64,000 bases of DNA from an uncultured Gammaproteobacteria bacterium (GTDB lineage Bacteria > Patescibacteriota > Microgenomatia > Woykebacterales > RBG-16-39-9b), in the NCBI GenBank assembly GCA_964367355.1, contig CAYIWY010000001.1, positions 35,307-99,306 on the forward strand. Direction: 5' to 3'. Every line of letters begins with the position of its first letter. Position 1 is the first letter of the stretch. The position numbers and the translations under genes are program-made. Below are positions 9,113 to 18,643 of this stretch, piece by piece. The notes under the pieces are model-generated. The model saw only the letters and a program-made list of their open reading frames with translations. It searched no databases and was not told where the DNA came from.

Positions 9113-9819
9113 AACCAATAATTGTCGCTAACTGGAAAGCAAATAAAAATATTCAGGAAACAATCGACTTTGTTAACCTAACTAAGAGTAGTCTTGAAGA
9201 AGCAAAAAATACACAGGTGGTCCTTTGTCCGCCATTCACCTCACTATCTACATTAGCAGTTTTATTAACGGACTCTTCCGTAAAAGTCGGAGCACAAGAT
9301 GTTTCCGACCATTTAGAAGGAGCATATACAGGCGAAGTGGCCGCATCAATGTTAAGCGGATTAGTGACACACTGTATTGTGGGTCATTCTGAGAGGCGAC
9401 GTTACTACAGCGAAAAAGAAGAGCAGGTGGGTGAAAAAGTAAAAAATCTAGTTGAGCGGAATATTACACCAATACTTTGTATAAGTGACATCAACCAAAT
9501 GGATAATTATTTAGCAGCTAGTGATAGTTTTAAGCAAAACGCTAGTAAAATTGTTTTTGTTTATGAGCCACCAAGTGCAATTAGTGGTGGTGGGGACTAT
9601 CATCCGGAAAGTCCGGGAGAAGCTTCCACAAACGCCGCTAAGATTAGTGAAAAAATCGGAGCAAGTGTAGTAACCTTATATGGTGGGTCGGTTAGTGACG
9701 CTGATGTTGATCAGTTTTTAACTGAAAAAAATATCAATGGGGTTTTGGTTGGTAAGGCGAGTTTGAGTGCGAAAACATTCATCAGTTTGGTTCAGAAAGC
9801 CAATAATCTCGTGTTATAA
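9109..9819 (+). CDS. tpiA: triosephosphate isomerase
   Basis: IVANWKAN and VGHSERR motifs. Overlaps the NUDIX gene by 4 nt (operon). Confidence 0.9.
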   Translation: MKPIIVANWKANKNIQETIDFVNLTKSSLEEAKNTQVVLCPPFTSLSTLAVLLTDSSVKVGAQDVSDHLEGAYTGEVAASMLSGLVTHCIVGHSERRRYYSEKEEQVGEKVKNLVERNITPILCISDINQMDNYLAASDSFKQNASKIVFVYEPPSAISGGGDYHPESPGEASTNAAKISEKIGASVVTLYGGSVSDADVDQFLTEKNINGVLVGKASLSAKTFISLVQKANNLVL

Positions 9820-9864
9820 TTCAAGTCTTAAGTATTTAAATCCCAAGTAAAAAAAGCAATTTTT

Positions 9865-11040
9865 ATGCAGTATGTTGATTTAGGACGGTTACCACAAAGT
9901 AATAATAAGAAAAAAGCAAAAAAAAGAGTATTTAAGTTTGCTTTTCTAGCCCTGCTTTTAGGATTGGTGATTTATTCTGGTTATATACTTTATTGGCCAG
10001 TGACAGTTCTCGTAAAACAAATTTTAAAACAGCCAAGTTCTGTACTTTCATTAATCAGAAAACCAGAGGGAGAATTAAGAATAGTTGATGGACGTACTAA
10101 TTTTTTATTGGTAGGAATAGATAAACGCTCGACTATTCCGTATTCCTACAAACTTGGCAACGACACGGTCAAGAAAAACGGTTTCAATTCAGACACCATT
10201 TTAGTGGTCTCTCTTGATCAGAAAACCAAAAACGTCAGTATGGTTTCGATTCCTCGTGATCTTTGGGTAAAAACAAAAGCCAACGGGAAATTCGGAGCCT
10301 ATTCAGGAAAAATTAACTCGCTCTACTCGATTGGTGAAATGCAAAATTACCCTTCTGGAGGAGGAATGGGACTTTTGAAAAATAAAGTAGAGGAGATTAT
10401 TGGTGTTCCGATTCAGTACACCTCAAGAATCGATTTTGACGGTTTTCGAAAAGGAGTAGATATATTAGATGGTCTTGATATAGTCGTTGATAATAGTTTT
10501 GATGACTATGAGTATCCGAGAGAAGGTTTTGAGAATTCGGTTTGTAAAGACGGGACATATAATTGTCAGGTAGAACATATCCACTTTGATAAAGGACTTG
10601 TTTCAATGGATGGATCAGAGGCTCTGAAGTATGCCCGTAGTCGAAAAGGTAATAATGGGGAGGGAAGTGATTTCGCTAGATCAAAGCGTCAGCAGAAAGT
10701 TTTAGTAGCCGCCAAGGAAAAAGCGCTGAAAATTCAAAACTTCTTTGATCCAATAAAAATAAATAGCCTTTTTAAGGAATTTGGTCAATCAGTTGAAACA
10801 GATATTGATATTAGTGCAATGACTGCTCTATATAACATGTCAAAAAAGGTCAAGACCGACTCAATTAATAGTTTGGTACTGAGTAATGCAACAGATAACT
10901 ATCTTTATGTACCACCAGCGGATCAATACGGCAGCGCTTATGTGCTGCTACCTAAAGGTAATGATTGGGAAAAAATTCAACAAGCTGTCAAAGATTTGTT
11001 GGCTAATGAAACTCAAGATACCCCTGCTTCGGAAAATTAA
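9865..11040 (+). CDS. LytR-CpsA-Psr (LCP) family protein
   Basis: N-terminal TM, then LLVGIDKRS, NSDTILVVSLD and IPRDLWV motifs typical of LCP. Confidence 0.8.
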   Translation: MQYVDLGRLPQSNNKKKAKKRVFKFAFLALLLGLVIYSGYILYWPVTVLVKQILKQPSSVLSLIRKPEGELRIVDGRTNFLLVGIDKRSTIPYSYKLGNDTVKKNGFNSDTILVVSLDQKTKNVSMVSIPRDLWVKTKANGKFGAYSGKINSLYSIGEMQNYPSGGGMGLLKNKVEEIIGVPIQYTSRIDFDGFRKGVDILDGLDIVVDNSFDDYEYPREGFENSVCKDGTYNCQVEHIHFDKGLVSMDGSEALKYARSRKGNNGEGSDFARSKRQQKVLVAAKEKALKIQNFFDPIKINSLFKEFGQSVETDIDISAMTALYNMSKKVKTDSINSLVLSNATDNYLYVPPADQYGSAYVLLPKGNDWEKIQQAVKDLLANETQDTPASEN

Positions 11041-11046
11041 TTTTTT

Positions 11047-11703
11047 ATGATTTATTTACTTTATGGTCCAGACGTTGCATCTTGTAGAGCTTTCCTTTTA
11101 AATTTCAAGAAAAACTATTCAGATATCGTTGTAATTTCAGGAAAAAAACAAACTGCTGCTTCCCTTCAGCTTCCCGAGGAAGAAAATTTATTTGGGGGGA
11201 AAAAGCTATTTATTATCGAAGACTTTACTCCAAAACAAAAAGAGCCGCTTGAGGAACTAGGAAATATTGACATTCTTATCACAAGCCAAGAATTAATCAC
11301 TCCTCCAAGTTGGGTGAGTAAAAGTTGGATTTTTAAGCAAGCAGAAACACTGTCAAATTTTAAACTTGCCGATCAGATGGCTTCAGGACAGGAAAAGCAG
11401 GCCTTATTAACTCTATCAAGACTGTTGAAACAAAGAACACCTTCGGAATTGATAATCGGAAGTTTGGTAAGACAATTTCGTCTGATCAGCCTGGTATTGT
11501 CTGGAGAGACGGAAGCAGTTTCAAAAAGTCCTTTTGTGGTCAGTAAAACCAGTCAGCAAGCCAAAAGTTGGAATTTTTCAAAAGTTAAAAAAGCCCTGAT
11601 TTTGATTCTTAAAGCCGACTTTGAGATAAAAACTGGATTACTAAATCAAGAGATAGCCTTGACAATAGTAGTTAGTAAAGTAGCATCTTTAGCTCTGGAT
11701 TAA
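11047..11703 (+). CDS. possible DNA polymerase III delta subunit (HolA-like, short)
   Basis: N-terminal YLLYGPD and a C-terminal helical region resemble HolA. 218 aa, weak. Confidence 0.35.
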   Translation: MIYLLYGPDVASCRAFLLNFKKNYSDIVVISGKKQTAASLQLPEEENLFGGKKLFIIEDFTPKQKEPLEELGNIDILITSQELITPPSWVSKSWIFKQAETLSNFKLADQMASGQEKQALLTLSRLLKQRTPSELIIGSLVRQFRLISLVLSGETEAVSKSPFVVSKTSQQAKSWNFSKVKKALILILKADFEIKTGLLNQEIALTIVVSKVASLALD

Positions 11704-11888
11704 TTGCTGGGCAGAGTTTTCAAGGTCTCTAGTAGTTTAGAGTCTAGCTTTGGGTTTAATTCTTCAATCTGTTTTTGTGTTGGTGGGGGTATTTTGTCGT
11801 TAGTTAAAGTACTCACTATTTGTAGTGCCACAAAAGCGACTAGAACTACCAAGAAAATCGCTAGGATTGGAATAAAATTTTTGGTCAT
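11700..11888 (-). CDS. small membrane protein
   Basis: 62 aa with a single TM. Appears co-operonic with the two upstream genes, which it overlaps by 4 nt. Confidence 0.3.
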   Translation of the reverse strand: MTKNFIPILAIFLVVLVAFVALQIVSTLTNDKIPPPTQKQIEELNPKLDSKLLETLKTLPSN

Positions 11889-12517
11889 TGACCTGCTCCT
11901 TTTTGAACTTGGTTTGGGACCACAGTTACCGGCGACCCAAGATAATTGGTTGTTGCCTGAATCGTAAGAACCTGTTGGCTACTATCTCCCTTCATATCAA
12001 GTTGCCTTGTACTAGTTATACGGATAAAATTCTCAGCGTCTTTTAAAAATTCATTGAGAGCCATGAAGTTACCAGACAGTGAAAGTGTGTAGTCAATATT
12101 CCTGACAGAAAGTGTAGTTTCTTTGTCCGGTACAGAGACTGGCACGTCACTAAATTGAATCGATTTGATAGCAACATTATGTTTGGCGGCCAAAGTCTCT
12201 ATCGGAGTCTTAATATAATTTTTGACGTCTGAACCTGTGGGAAGTGCTTTTTCAAGAAGAGCGAGGTCACCCTTTACTTCGTCAAGGTTTTGTTCAGCTA
12301 GGTTAAGAGAATTTATTTTATCCGAGAGTTTCTTATCCACTACTTTGTTAGTCTCAATCTCTTTGTTGACACTAGCAATATGCTGGATTGCCGGGTAAAT
12401 CATAACAATTAAAACAATCAATAAGACTAGAGTTGCTGCTCCATCAAAATAATTTTTTTTCTTCGGATCAGCAGTTGCTTTATTGTAGCTAGCTAGTGTT
12501 TGCTCGTAAAATTGCAT
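11885..12517 (-). CDS. PilO-like bitopic membrane protein (pilus or secretion assembly)
   Basis: N-terminal TM, a coiled-coil (LSDKINSLNLAEQNLDEVKGDLALLEKA), then a periplasmic domain. Confidence 0.4.
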   Translation of the reverse strand: MQFYEQTLASYNKATADPKKKNYFDGAATLVLLIVLIVMIYPAIQHIASVNKEIETNKVVDKKLSDKINSLNLAEQNLDEVKGDLALLEKALPTGSDVKNYIKTPIETLAAKHNVAIKSIQFSDVPVSVPDKETTLSVRNIDYTLSLSGNFMALNEFLKDAENFIRITSTRQLDMKGDSSQQVLTIQATTNYLGSPVTVVPNQVQKGAGQ

Positions 12518-12525
12518 AAGTATTC

Positions 12526-13122
12526 CTAATTACTACTAAAACCACCCTTATTTATCGAAGTTGAAGCTGTAAATTTATAACTTCCATTTGTTTCTTTTGA
12601 AAGAGCGGTGATATCAAGATTGTTAATTTTGTTCGATGTGTTGAAAGAATTTATCATAGTTTGTAGTTGTTGTGGGTCGGGGAAATTTCCAGAAAAGGTA
12701 ATGGTTTTTCCATCACTCGTCAAGCTCGCAAGACTAAGTCCAACTGGTAAAAGACGGGCAAATTCCGAAAGGACTTTATTTTCCTCAAAGCGAATAGAAC
12801 GAATTGAAGCTACTTGATTAATCTGATTTTGGATTTTACGGAAACGATCTTCACAAAACTCCTCTGGTTTGTTTGGATCGCATTTTTGTAGTTCATCGAC
12901 AGCGGATTGTTTGTATTTGATAGAAATTTTAAGATCGTTCTTTTCTTTTGAAAGCCAGACTCCAAATAAAAATGTTCCGAGTGCAATAATTTCAGTGACA
13001 ATAATTAGATAGCGACCAACTGTTAGAACCCAATGAACAGCATTATTGGTCGAAGTAATCGGATTTTCGTTGGGGAGTAAATCAATATTTAAATCAGGCG
13101 ATTTTGGGGCAGCCTTAGGCAT
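12526..13122 (-). CDS. PilN-like bitopic membrane protein
   Basis: Short cytoplasmic N-terminus, a TM (LIIVTEIIALGTFLFGVWL), then a periplasmic domain. Confidence 0.4.
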   Translation of the reverse strand: MPKAAPKSPDLNIDLLPNENPITSTNNAVHWVLTVGRYLIIVTEIIALGTFLFGVWLSKEKNDLKISIKYKQSAVDELQKCDPNKPEEFCEDRFRKIQNQINQVASIRSIRFEENKVLSEFARLLPVGLSLASLTSDGKTITFSGNFPDPQQLQTMINSFNTSNKINNLDITALSKETNGSYKFTASTSINKGGFSSN

Positions 13123-13156
13123 TTGCTTAAAAGTATAGCATCAAAGCTAGACGTTA

Positions 13157-13456
13157 TCAACTCGATTTTTTCTTTTTTGAAACTGCTTTTTTAGCCTTTG
13201 GAGGTTTAGTAGTAGTAGAAGAAACAATGACCTTTTTTGAGAGGCGAGATTTTTTTCTGTCTGCTCGTGCTTTGGGTATCAAACCTTTCTTTGCCGCCCT
13301 ATCTAGACTACTAAAAGCCTTACTTAAATTTTCATTTGATGGGTTGGTAGTTGCAAGTTTAATTGCTTTTTTGAGCGCGCTTATTTTTGTTCGGTTGCGT
13401 AGAGTTCGAACTTTGTCCTGGCGCATTTTTTTAATAGCTGATTTAATCAAAGGCAT
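13157..13456 (-). CDS. rpsT: 30S ribosomal protein S20
   Basis: Basic 99-aa protein with N-terminal IKSAIKKMRQDKVRTLRNRTKISALKKAIK, typical of S20. Confidence 0.85.
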   Translation of the reverse strand: MPLIKSAIKKMRQDKVRTLRNRTKISALKKAIKLATTNPSNENLSKAFSSLDRAAKKGLIPKARADRKKSRLSKKVIVSSTTTKPPKAKKAVSKKKKSS

Positions 13457-13540
13457 ATGTAATAGTTTACCTTACACTGTCAACTAAGTTTAAAGTTATT
13501 GTTATCAGTTAGGCAAGTTGATATACTTTGAACTTAAGAT

Positions 13541-15235
13541 ATGGTAAATAAAATTCTCAGACAAGGTAGTTCAATTCTATTCAAACGTCAGACAAATATT
13601 CTTTCCGCAGCCTTAATTATGATGGTTTTAGTTTTAACGAGCCGTTTTTTGGGTTTGTGGAGAAACTGGTTTTTGGCACGGTACTTTGGGGCTTCGGGAA
13701 CACTAGATGCCTTTAATGTTGCTTTCGTTATCCCGGATTTGATTGCCAATGTTTTGATAACAGGCGCTTTGTCAGTGGCATTTATCCCAGTTTTCACAAC
13801 TTACATTACAAAAAAACAAAATCATGAAGCCGAGGATCTAGCGTCGACGATATTAAATTTAGTTTTATTAGTTTATTCATTTCTGGCAATAATTGTTTTT
13901 ATCTTTCCTTTGCAAATCAACAGTATGCTTGGTTTGAAGTTAAATGCACCTTTTGACCAGCAAGCAGCCAACCTTATGAGAATAATTATTTTCGGTGAGT
14001 TTTTTCTTGTAATTGGTAGTTTTCTAACCTCGGTTTTGCAAAGTTACCACCGCTTCTTAATTGCGGCTCTGGCTCCGGTTTTATACAATGCGGGAATTAT
14101 TTTTGGGATAGTTGTTTTAAGTCGCAGTTTTGGAATTTATGGAGTGGGTTTGGGAGTTGTTTTTGGATCCTTGTTTCATATGTTAATCCAATTTTTTGCA
14201 CTGAAAAGTATGGGTTTTAACTACCGCTCAATTTTAAAGCTAAAAGACCCAGATGTTATCCGAATTCTAAAACTCTCGCTGCCAAGGGCTCTTGGAGTTG
14301 GTGTGGGTCAAATTGAGGTGATGGCTAATGTTATTTTCGCTTCGTCTTTGACTATTGGTTCGATTGCAATTTTAAAATTCTCAGCCGACCTCCAAAATTT
14401 ACCAATTGGTTTGTTTGGACTTACTATTGCTACAGCTGCACTACCAACTTTTTCGGCAGAATGGTCGGCTGGAAAAATTGAAGAGTTTAAAAAAACTTTT
14501 TTAAACTCACTTTTTCAAATGCTTTATTTGGCAGTACCAGTGAGTGTTTTACTGGCGGTATTGCGTATTCCGGTGGTGCGATTGGTATTAGGATCAGGGC
14601 TTTTTGATTGGCCAGCCACTGTTGCAACAGCAACTACACTTTCTCTTTTTGCAATTGGGGTATTTGCTCAGGCGGGTTTCCTTTTAGTTACTCGCGCTTT
14701 TTATTCGATGCATGATACCGTAACTCCGTTAAGAATAGCCATTGCAAGTTTGATTGTTCATATCTCGTTGAGCTATTATTTTATTTTTATTCTGGGGAAA
14801 AACGCAGCGATCCCGGTTGCTTATTTAGGACTAGCAACGTCACTTTCGGGGATGTTTAGTTTCTTCTCACTGTTATTTTTATTAGATCGACGGTTGCACA
14901 AATTTGATCGTAAGCAGCTTTTTTACCCAATGGTAAAGATTGTTGTTCCGGCAATGATAATGGGAATATTCCTTTATGTTCCACTGCATTTGCGCTTGCC
15001 AAACGGGGAGTTTATCATCGACTATATTATTGATACCAAAAGGGCTCTTAACCTACTATTTTTAACAACTTTTGTTAGTATCTCAGGATTTGGAGTTTAT
15101 ATATTGACTACATGGTGGTTTAAATCTGAAGAGTTGTTTTCATTCATAAAAATGATACCGGATTTGAGAAAAGTAACTAAAGCATTAGAGTTGGAAGAGC
15201 CTGTTGATACCACACATAGTGCCCCGCATATTTAA
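13541..15235 (+). CDS. murJ: lipid II flippase MurJ/MviN
   Basis: 564-aa multi-TM protein with conserved RNWFLARYFGAS..LDAFNVAF N-terminal motifs of MurJ. Confidence 0.85.
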   Translation: MVNKILRQGSSILFKRQTNILSAALIMMVLVLTSRFLGLWRNWFLARYFGASGTLDAFNVAFVIPDLIANVLITGALSVAFIPVFTTYITKKQNHEAEDLASTILNLVLLVYSFLAIIVFIFPLQINSMLGLKLNAPFDQQAANLMRIIIFGEFFLVIGSFLTSVLQSYHRFLIAALAPVLYNAGIIFGIVVLSRSFGIYGVGLGVVFGSLFHMLIQFFALKSMGFNYRSILKLKDPDVIRILKLSLPRALGVGVGQIEVMANVIFASSLTIGSIAILKFSADLQNLPIGLFGLTIATAALPTFSAEWSAGKIEEFKKTFLNSLFQMLYLAVPVSVLLAVLRIPVVRLVLGSGLFDWPATVATATTLSLFAIGVFAQAGFLLVTRAFYSMHDTVTPLRIAIASLIVHISLSYYFIFILGKNAAIPVAYLGLATSLSGMFSFFSLLFLLDRRLHKFDRKQLFYPMVKIVVPAMIMGIFLYVPLHLRLPNGEFIIDYIIDTKRALNLLFLTTFVSISGFGVYILTTWWFKSEELFSFIKMIPDLRKVTKALELEEPVDTTHSAPHI

Positions 15236-15273
15236 CTTGTATTGTTTTAAGGAAAACTCAAGAAATTAAAAAT

Positions 15274-17040
15274 ATGAAAAATATACGAAATTTTGCAATT
15301 GCTGCCCATATTGATCACGGCAAATCAACTTTGGCTGATCGTATGCTAGAGATTACCGGTACAATTGAAAAATCAAAAATGAAAGATCAGCTTTTGGATC
15401 AAATGGATATTGAACGAGAGCGGGGGATCACAATAAAACTACAACCAGTCCAAATGAATTGGAAAGGCTACCAACTTAATCTCATCGATACCCCAGGGCA
15501 CGTCGATTTTAGTTATGAAGTTAGCCGCTCCCTGGCTGCTGTTGAGGGAGTACTTTTGCTAGTCGATGCAACTCAAGGAGTTCAAGCGCAAACACTAAGT
15601 AATTTTTATTTAGCCAAAAAACAAAACCTTAAAATAATTCCTGTAATCAATAAAATTGATATGCCGTCCTCAGATCCGGAAAAAGTCTCAAGTGAAATGG
15701 TAGAAATTTTAGAAGTAGAAGGCTCTTCAATAATTAAGATTTCCGCAAAGCAGGGGATTAATATTGAAAAAGTACTCGACACAATAGTTGAAAAAATCCC
15801 AGCACCTGTATCAACTCAAGAAGAAAAGCGGGCTTTAATTTTTGATTCAAGTTTTGACCCTTTCAAAGGGGTGATTGCTTATGTGCGGGTAGTTGATGGT
15901 AATTTTACAAATGGTGAGGAAATTGTTTTCTTAGGGACAAAAGGGAAGGCGACTATTGTTGAGGTTGGGGTATTGAAGCCTTCATTAACAAGAAGGTCAA
16001 TGATTGAGGAAGGGGAGATTGGTTATATCGCTACTGGTTTAAAAGATGCAACCAAGGTAAGGGTGGGGGACACAATCGGATCAGTTCTGGAGAAGACTAC
16101 CCCTCCCCTGTCGGGTTATAAAGAAGTTAAACCAATGGTTTTTGCTGGCTTTTACCCGGCGGATAATGATAGATTCCCAGCGTTAAAAGACGCTTTGGAA
16201 AAATTGAAGTTAAACGACGCCTCTTTGACATTTGAAGCTGATAGTAGTACTGCCTTAGGATTTGGCTTTCGCTGTGGTTTTTTAGGCTTACTTCATTTTG
16301 AAGTTGTCCAGGAGCGCTTGGAACGGGAATATAATTTGGACTTGGTTGCATCCAGCCCAACAGTGAAATATCAGATTGAGCTAACCAACGGACAAGTGAG
16401 TGAAATTTCCAACCCAACAAAATTTCCCGATCCGAGTGAGATAAAATCAATCAAAGAACCGATCATTACCGCCACAATTGTCTCGAGAAATGATTATCTT
16501 GGTGGGGTTTTGGAACTTTTGAACAACCGTCGGGCAACGGTTTTTGATATCCGTTATGTTGGGTCCCAAGTGGTGATTGAGTTTACCCTTCCCCTAGCCG
16601 AAGTGGTTAGTGATTTTTACGATCGGCTGAAATCTGTTTCTTCAGGTTACGCATCATTTGATTACGAACTCGCTGGTTGGGAAGAAGTTGAGGCAGTCAA
16701 AATGGATATTTTAGTTGCCAAAGACGTAGTTGACGCTCTCTCCCAAGTTGTTGTAAAGAAAAAAGCTGATGAAGTTGGTCGGAAATTAGTTGAAAAGCTG
16801 AAAGAAGTCCTTCCCCGCCAAAATTTTGAAGTTAGTATTCAAGCAGCAATTGGCGGAAAAATTATCGCCCGCGCCGATGTCCCGGCTTTTCGCAAAGATG
16901 TGACCGCCAAACTTTATGGGGGTGACGTAACTCGCAAAAATAAGCTTTTGGACAAACAAAAGAAGGGTAAGAAAAGACTAAAGCAGTTTGGAAAGGTACA
17001 GATCCCGCAGGAGGCGTTTTTATCGATCCTGAAAATTTAA
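15274..17040 (+). CDS. lepA: elongation factor 4 (LepA)
   Basis: IRNFAIAAHIDHGKSTL, DTPGHVDF and NKID G-motifs, plus the LepA C-terminal domain. Confidence 0.95.
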   Translation: MKNIRNFAIAAHIDHGKSTLADRMLEITGTIEKSKMKDQLLDQMDIERERGITIKLQPVQMNWKGYQLNLIDTPGHVDFSYEVSRSLAAVEGVLLLVDATQGVQAQTLSNFYLAKKQNLKIIPVINKIDMPSSDPEKVSSEMVEILEVEGSSIIKISAKQGINIEKVLDTIVEKIPAPVSTQEEKRALIFDSSFDPFKGVIAYVRVVDGNFTNGEEIVFLGTKGKATIVEVGVLKPSLTRRSMIEEGEIGYIATGLKDATKVRVGDTIGSVLEKTTPPLSGYKEVKPMVFAGFYPADNDRFPALKDALEKLKLNDASLTFEADSSTALGFGFRCGFLGLLHFEVVQERLEREYNLDLVASSPTVKYQIELTNGQVSEISNPTKFPDPSEIKSIKEPIITATIVSRNDYLGGVLELLNNRRATVFDIRYVGSQVVIEFTLPLAEVVSDFYDRLKSVSSGYASFDYELAGWEEVEAVKMDILVAKDVVDALSQVVVKKKADEVGRKLVEKLKEVLPRQNFEVSIQAAIGGKIIARADVPAFRKDVTAKLYGGDVTRKNKLLDKQKKGKKRLKQFGKVQIPQEAFLSILKI

Positions 17041-17042
17041 CT

Positions 17043-17888
17043 ATGAGTGACAAAAGTTCAGTTATCAATTATTACAATAAGACTCTTGCCGATTACCAAT
17101 TTGTTTATTTTCGCAATAACGATCACTCGATGCATTATGGTTATTGGGATGAAAAGGTTAAGAATTATCACCAAGCATTGGTAAGGATAAATGGAGTAAT
17201 TGCGGAAAGGTTAAAGCTCAAGAAAACAGATCTTGTTCTTGACGCTGGATGTGGTTTGGGAGAAACTTCTTTTTGGTTAGCCAACAATATTGGTTGTTTA
17301 GTCGAAGGAATTTCTATAACCAAAAGCCAAATTGTAAAAGCCAGAAAACTGGCAAAAGAAAAGGTAAAGGGAGCAAGGTTAAATTTCCGCACTCTCGATT
17401 TTACAAAAACAAACTATCCAGATAACCACTTCGACGCGGTTATTGCAATTGAAGCGATTTGCCATCTAGAAGACAAAAGCGATTTTTACCGAGAGATGTT
17501 TAGGATTTTGAAACCCAACGGACGTTTGGCCGTAGCCGAATATACCTTGAAGAAACTAAAATTAACGGTTGTGCAGCAAAAGCGAATGCGAAATTGGTTA
17601 GATGGTTGGGCAATACCAAATATTTGGACAGAAAAGCAGCATTTACAGGCACTTGAAAAAACTGGGTTTATTTCGGTTTCTTCCGAAGATTACTCTGCCA
17701 AAGTTACTAACGCAGCAAAATATCTATATTTTTCAGCCCTACTAGGTATCCCGGGTTACAAAATACGTAGTTGGTTACACCTTTTGGACAGAGAGCGGTT
17801 AAAAAACGCCCAATCTTGTAAGTACCAGTGGTTAACTAAAAAAGAAAACTTATGGGGTCACAATCTGTACTTGGCCAAAAAACCTTGA
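17043..17888 (+). CDS. class I SAM-dependent methyltransferase
   Basis: Motif I VLDAGCGLGETS. Confidence 0.7.
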   Translation: MSDKSSVINYYNKTLADYQFVYFRNNDHSMHYGYWDEKVKNYHQALVRINGVIAERLKLKKTDLVLDAGCGLGETSFWLANNIGCLVEGISITKSQIVKARKLAKEKVKGARLNFRTLDFTKTNYPDNHFDAVIAIEAICHLEDKSDFYREMFRILKPNGRLAVAEYTLKKLKLTVVQQKRMRNWLDGWAIPNIWTEKQHLQALEKTGFISVSSEDYSAKVTNAAKYLYFSALLGIPGYKIRSWLHLLDRERLKNAQSCKYQWLTKKENLWGHNLYLAKKP

Positions 17889-17900
17889 TACAATTCTGCC

Positions 17901-18221
17901 ATGAATGAAATGGTGAAAATTATTGTTACGGTTCCGGTGGCTGATGCCGAAAAGTTAAGAAACGCGATTGGTCAAACTGAGGCCGGAAAACAAGGAAATT
18001 ACGATTTTTGTAGTTTTTCCACCAAAGGAATTGGTCGGTTCCGACCACTCGATGGTGCCCACCCGACTATTGGTGAAGTTGGAAAACTAGAAGAAGTTGA
18101 GGAAGAAAGAATCGAAGTTATTTGTCCTAAAGAGAAACTTTCAGAAGTCGTTAACACTATTAAAGCCGCCCACCCTTACGAAGAGCCCGCAATTGATGTC
18201 TATCCGTTACTGAATCCTTAA
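17901..18221 (+). CDS. small PII/CutA-like fold protein (uncertain)
   Basis: 106 aa. C-terminal AHPYEEPAIDVYPL resembles the CutA HPYEVPE motif. Confidence 0.3.
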   Translation: MNEMVKIIVTVPVADAEKLRNAIGQTEAGKQGNYDFCSFSTKGIGRFRPLDGAHPTIGEVGKLEEVEEERIEVICPKEKLSEVVNTIKAAHPYEEPAIDVYPLLNP

Positions 18222-18222
18222 T

Positions 18223-18636
18223 ATGAAAAAGATTACTCCCACAAATGAAATTTACGTTGGTGCTTCCAAAGTTAAAGGTGCCGGCCGGGGTGTTTTTGCC
18301 GCAAAGCGAATACAAAAAGGCGAAATTATCGAAAGTTGCCCAGTAGTTGAAATAACTGAGAAAGAAGCTTCTCTTTTGAGAAAAACAGAACTGAAAAATT
18401 ATTATTTTCTTTGGGGCAGCGACTTAAAAAAAGTAGCATTGTGTTTGGGGTTTGGTTCAATTTATAACCATTCGTACTCACCAAACGCAACTTACAATAA
18501 ACGTACAAAGGAGAGGTTAATAGATTTTGTTGCAATAAAAGATATAAATAAGGACGAAGAAATCACCGTAAACTACAATTTTGGAAAACCAGACGATAAA
18601 AGTCCTTTATGGATAAAATCGATAAAAACACCCTAA
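18223..18636 (+). CDS. SET-domain protein (putative lysine methyltransferase)
   Basis: GRGVFAAKRIQKGEII and the NHSYSPN (NHSCxPN-like) SET motifs. Confidence 0.7.
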   Translation: MKKITPTNEIYVGASKVKGAGRGVFAAKRIQKGEIIESCPVVEITEKEASLLRKTELKNYYFLWGSDLKKVALCLGFGSIYNHSYSPNATYNKRTKERLIDFVAIKDINKDEEITVNYNFGKPDDKSPLWIKSIKTP

Positions 18637-18643
18637 AGATACT